Source: a virus. From it: a stretch of DNA of 64,000 nucleotides. Both the position numbers and the translations under genes were made by a program. Below are positions 60,218 to 64,000 of the stretch, in pieces. The notes under the pieces were generated by a model. That model ran no database searches. It had not been told where the DNA came from and saw only the letters and a list, made by a program, of their open reading frames with translations. The stretch lies in IMG/VR virus record IMGVR_UViG_3300040786_000061. One strand, given 5' to 3'. Position 1 is the first letter of the stretch. Every line of letters begins with the position of its first letter.

Positions 60218-61542
60218 TTAATCTACCTCAGTGCTAGTAACAGAATTATAAAAGTCTAATAATTCTGAACTACTAAATAGTTCATTTCTCAAAGCCCCTC
60301 TCGCTCTACTAGCACTTCGCTGAACCTCCTAAGTTCCAAGGATTTAACTCACTTGTACTTATAGAACTCTCAATATCAATGAAACTAGAAGCACTTTCTG
60401 ATACACTTTCTTTCTCTCTCTGTGAAATAACTTGTTCAATTCTAGGACTATTTAACATATTATACTCTTTGTTAAATATATAATCATTTATAATTTCGTT
60501 ATACTCAGAATCTTTTCTAAGAATATATTGATTATTAATATCAGAATATTGTAAATTATCACGGATGTATATAGTTTTATGTAATCAACATATACGGTAT
60601 CATTTCTATGTCTAAAAATTCTATTAATATCATCTAATCGAAGGTAGTCGCTATCATGAGTATTACCATCTGAACCGGATAGTGTTCGTACATAACGGTT
60701 CTCACTATCATTAGATATATAATTAGTTAAAACTCCCTTTCTCTATCTAAAAACTTGAATGTGTCCATATATGGATAGTTATCAAATCTAATATTAGATA
60801 ACTTAATATCGATTCTAAGTTCTCTTTTCTTTTGACCAACCTGTTCAAAATATAAAGTATTGGACCAATTTTGTTCGCTTTTATAGAAATCCGTTTTCTG
60901 TCCCCACTTCTTAAAGTGAAATTGTAAGTCTTCGTCATTTGTAGTATATATTCTATCCATAAGTTTAATAGAATCAAGGTCCCAAAGAATAGCTCTACCT
61001 AGCAATCCCCCACTGCTATTCAACATAACTAAGAGATACCTTATCTTGGTTCTCACAGTACAATTGAAATATTCTTGACAATGGTCATGCTTCATACAAG
61101 ATGAGCCAAGTGAACCTCTCATTTGCGCATAAGAGTCTTCGCTATAATATTTTTAATATCATAACCACTTACTATTTCAAAAACAAAGTTAGTTTTCACA
61201 CTCTGTGATTTAAAAAGACTAGAAAACTTTTCAACTTCTTTAGCATCAATACCTGTGAACATCTTACTTATGAAGGCACCTGGCTTAGTATGATACCTTC
61301 TACTAGAAGTCCAATAGTCATCCGAGTCAACACTTGACATCCTATCACTAGTTAAATATGATATCTTACCTCTATCCTGAGATGATATTGAAATGAAATC
61401 AACATGTGACTCTACCAAACTTTCTTTAGTATGTCTTGTTTTAACAAAAGACTCGCTACAATAGATTCGCTTTCAATTTCTCTTAATATCTCTTTTAAGT
61501 CTTCTGATACGTTAATATCAACTGTTTTCTCTCGTATGCCAT
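60218..61542 (-). CDS. SCM..GRAILW..MDRIY-domain protein (untagged paralogue of 30815-32607)
   Basis: GSLGSSCMKH...GRAILWDLDSIKLMDRIY...YPYMDTF; fragments 61119-61418 and 60727-61122. Confidence 0.6.
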
Positions 61543-61624
61543 AGAATGTTTTTTTTACAAAGATATGTATATCTTCTTTAATAGTTAGTATAATTATGTT
61601 AATTTATCTTTTTTTTATTAGTGA

Positions 61625-62480
61625 TTAAATTCCCAATGATTCTAGAATATCGTTTCTAACTGAACATTGTGTAATTTTCATAATTCGTTCAGTCTCATTC
61701 TTTATGATATGAGAGTCTTGTTTGTTGAAAATTCTAAGATAAGTTTGAAATCCCAAAATGCATCAATATAGAAATCTAATTCTTTAGGAATAGTATTAGT
61801 AGATTTAGAATATGAGAAAGTAAATTTCTCTGGTCAAGGATAATTCTATTTTATTTTTACCACTGCACTTCTAAGTGAGTTTTAAATGCATCTAACTTTC
61901 TGTGGTTAATATCTGGTACATCACCATCACCAAGAATAATACCTCTTAACTTAGAGAACAAAACCCTGTGTCCTACAATAGAGTTCATAGATTCAATTTG
62001 TTCGTCAAGGTCTCTCCATTTAACTTATCAGTTGCATCCTCAGTTGCTTTGTAACTCCTTTCAAGTGTTTTTTTATTAAACTTGTATTAGTTGAACCAAT
62101 AACATAACAACTAGCATTTTCAGAATAAAGTCCTACATTAAAACTAAGTCGTCTTGATTTATCAGATGAATTCAAAATATAAAATGATTTATAAAACTCA
62201 ACACCACCTACTTCCACTTTATCAGAAATAAGTTGTAGGTATTGTTTACCACCAATTATATCAATTTTATATTGACTAATTTTAAAGTTTTTCTCAATCA
62301 AGTCAATTTTACTTTTAGATATTTAGCAATATCAAATATCTCATATCTGTTAGAAACATTTGCAACTTTGATAACTCTGTTACCATATTTAGTTACTACT
62401 TGATCTCCTTCTTTAGTGATTGATATTCTGTCAATTACTGAAAATAAAACTTCTTTGTTGTATGGTAGAAAATTTCTCAT
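61625..62480 (-). CDS. Possible DUF932/DUF945-like protein; ends VRNDILESLGI*
   Basis: FYILNSSDKSRRLSFNVGLY resembles the NSxDGS...AGxF motif; joins 62298-62480 and 62020-62301. Confidence 0.4.
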
Positions 62481-62505
62481 ATTTTAGATTTAGATTTATA
62501 TTCTA

Positions 62506-62513
62506 CAAAGATA
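62506..62513 (-). promoter_or_regulatory. Bacteroidota-type -7 element TATCTTTG
   Basis: Intergenic, 25 nt upstream of ATG 62480. Confidence 0.5.
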
Positions 62514-62541
62514 AGGATAATATTTAAATGAAAAGGCATAT

Positions 62542-62551
62542 TTAATATATA
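62542..62551 (+). promoter_or_regulatory. TTAATATATA putative late promoter
   Basis: Exact motif 4 nt upstream of ATG 62556. Confidence 0.45.
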
Positions 62552-62555
62552 CTTT

Positions 62556-63852
62556 ATGAAATATTTAAAAGTGTTTAAAAGTTATATAGTTAATGAGGAA
62601 GTTTCAAAAAATGATCCTATTCAAGAGTTAAATTTTAATGAAAAATAGGTATAGTTTTATTAGGAACACCTGGTGTTGGTAAGTCAACATTTGCGGAGAA
62701 CTTTGTAAAACATAGACGTAGAGATATAAAGATATTTTCTACTGATGATGTTTCTTTAACAAGAACTAAGGATCCAAATTTATATAAACAAGGATCATCT
62801 GAATTGAATTTAAAAAAATTAGAATCTTATATAAATGTTGGAAAAGGCTCATTTATATATGACACAACTGGAGTGCAAAAAGTTAATATATCAAATGTTA
62901 CTAAACACGCACATAGTAATGGATATCAGGTTATTTTCATACATCTAATAGGATCTCTTGATATGTCACTAAGACAAAATATACAAAGAAATAGAAATGT
63001 ACCCGAAGATTTTATAAAACATGCATATGATGAGCAATTTAAGAATATGAAGTACTTTTCTGAATTAAATCCAGAGAGTTACTATATCGTATATAATATA
63101 GATGGTAAGTATAAGTTTATGAAATATGAAAATGGTAAGATATTAAAACGAAAAGTCGACAAGTACGTTCCATTAAAAGAAAGTATTGAAAATAAAGAAG
63201 ATGACTTTGATATCGAAGACATTATGTTATATGTAATTGATGCAATTGATGCTGGATATAAAGTTAGTTTTAATTCAATAAATGGAATGACTTTAAGACC
63301 TGAAGATATTTACCAAAGACCCCAGCCTTCACATACTTCAAACTTACTGATAAAGTATACGATAAGATTAGAAGTAAATTTAGTATAAGAATAGCCGGTA
63401 AAGGTAATAGTGGTATAGATTTCACAAAATTTGAAGAGGTTATTAACATTATGGCAGTTTCTACCCAACATTTAAAATTAAAAGTTGGATATTAAGTGAT
63501 TTTAAAATTAATACTATAGAACCTGGTCGAGATAATCCTAATGGTGATATAAGTTTTAGTAGTATAGAGTTTATATACACTAAGCCAGATGTGCAAGTTA
63601 AAGAAGAAGTAGCATTAAATCAGATTAAAAAAAAAATAATAAGAGCATTTGAAAATGAAGGAATATATATAGAAAAAAAATAGTATAGTATACGATGATT
63701 ATATTCAAATTCAAGAGTATGATACTTTTAGTAGAGAAGACTCAATAATATCGAGAATAGACGATGTATGCAATCAACTTGGATCAAGTGAATGGGAATG
63801 GCATAACGGAATAAATATGATAAACATATTTTTTAAGAGTATAGGTATTTAG
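62556..63852 (+). CDS. CTS-tagged P-loop kinase (zeta toxin/AAA_33-like) with extra C-terminal domain(s); 3' end uncertain
   Basis: MKYLKVFKSYIVNEE; GTPGVGKST...STDDV...FIYDTTG...GYQVIFIHL...RN..RNRNVPE. Confidence 0.7.
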
Positions 63853-64000
63853 AGTATCTACCTTCATCAGTTAAGTCTATCTCCATAATTACCTCTTTGT
63901 ACGGTGTATTAAAACCACTACAACACTTTTCATATAATCATTATCAATAACATCATATAGAATTTCATTCAATACTAACTCTCGCTCATCTTCTTTACTT

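Noticed and set aside
60230-60400. Locally GC-richer stretch as a possible structured ncRNA or tRNA
   Set aside because: No tRNA T-loop/D-loop pattern; reads as the C-terminal coding tail of the 60218-61542 gene.
1-64000. Pervasive ORF fragmentation suggesting stop-codon reassignment (as in Lak/crAss-like phages)
   Set aside because: The breaks I examined resolve by +/-1 frame changes, mostly in A/T homopolymers, not by reading through in-frame TAG/TGA. Intact genes use TGG for Trp and end in TAA, TAG or TGA next to terminators or intergenic DNA.

Overview
Very AT-rich 64 kb segment of a large myovirus-type (T4-like/jumbo) dsDNA phage genome. The host is probably Bacteroidota (Flavobacterium-like), judging from the OmpA style, a Flavobacterium-type adhesin repeat and TAnnTTTG promoters. 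Most long genes are broken by single-base indels, mainly in homopolymers. I read these as long-read consensus errors, so many coordinates below join several ORF-track fragments and are approximate. Recognisable genes: a LamG virion protein; a tail fibre with an S74 chaperone domain; a gp46/SbcC ATPase; two J-domain proteins; two giant virion proteins (the second ends in a Hint domain); SLOG, NUDIX, nucleotidyltransferases, a minimal ATP-dependent ligase and a DEDDh exonuclease; an AAA ATPase; a GH19 endolysin; OmpA; a collagen-like lipoprotein; guanylate kinase; a gp6-like baseplate wedge; a holin-like protein; a GT2-TPR protein; two MazG-like enzymes; a Skp/OmpH-like protein; a PD-(D/E)XK nuclease; and a zeta-toxin-like kinase. 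The strongest unexplained structure is two mutually exclusive short protein tags. (1) About 19 unrelated proteins begin with MK(H/Y)hKxF(E/N)..E, resembling the T4 capsid-targeting sequence, and many follow a TTAATATATA promoter-like motif. (2) About 13 other, mostly small, proteins carry an R(D/E/N)x(K/R/I)(I/L)xx(I/L)(L/I) helix, usually at the C-terminus. No tRNA, rRNA, CRISPR array or reverse transcriptase was seen.
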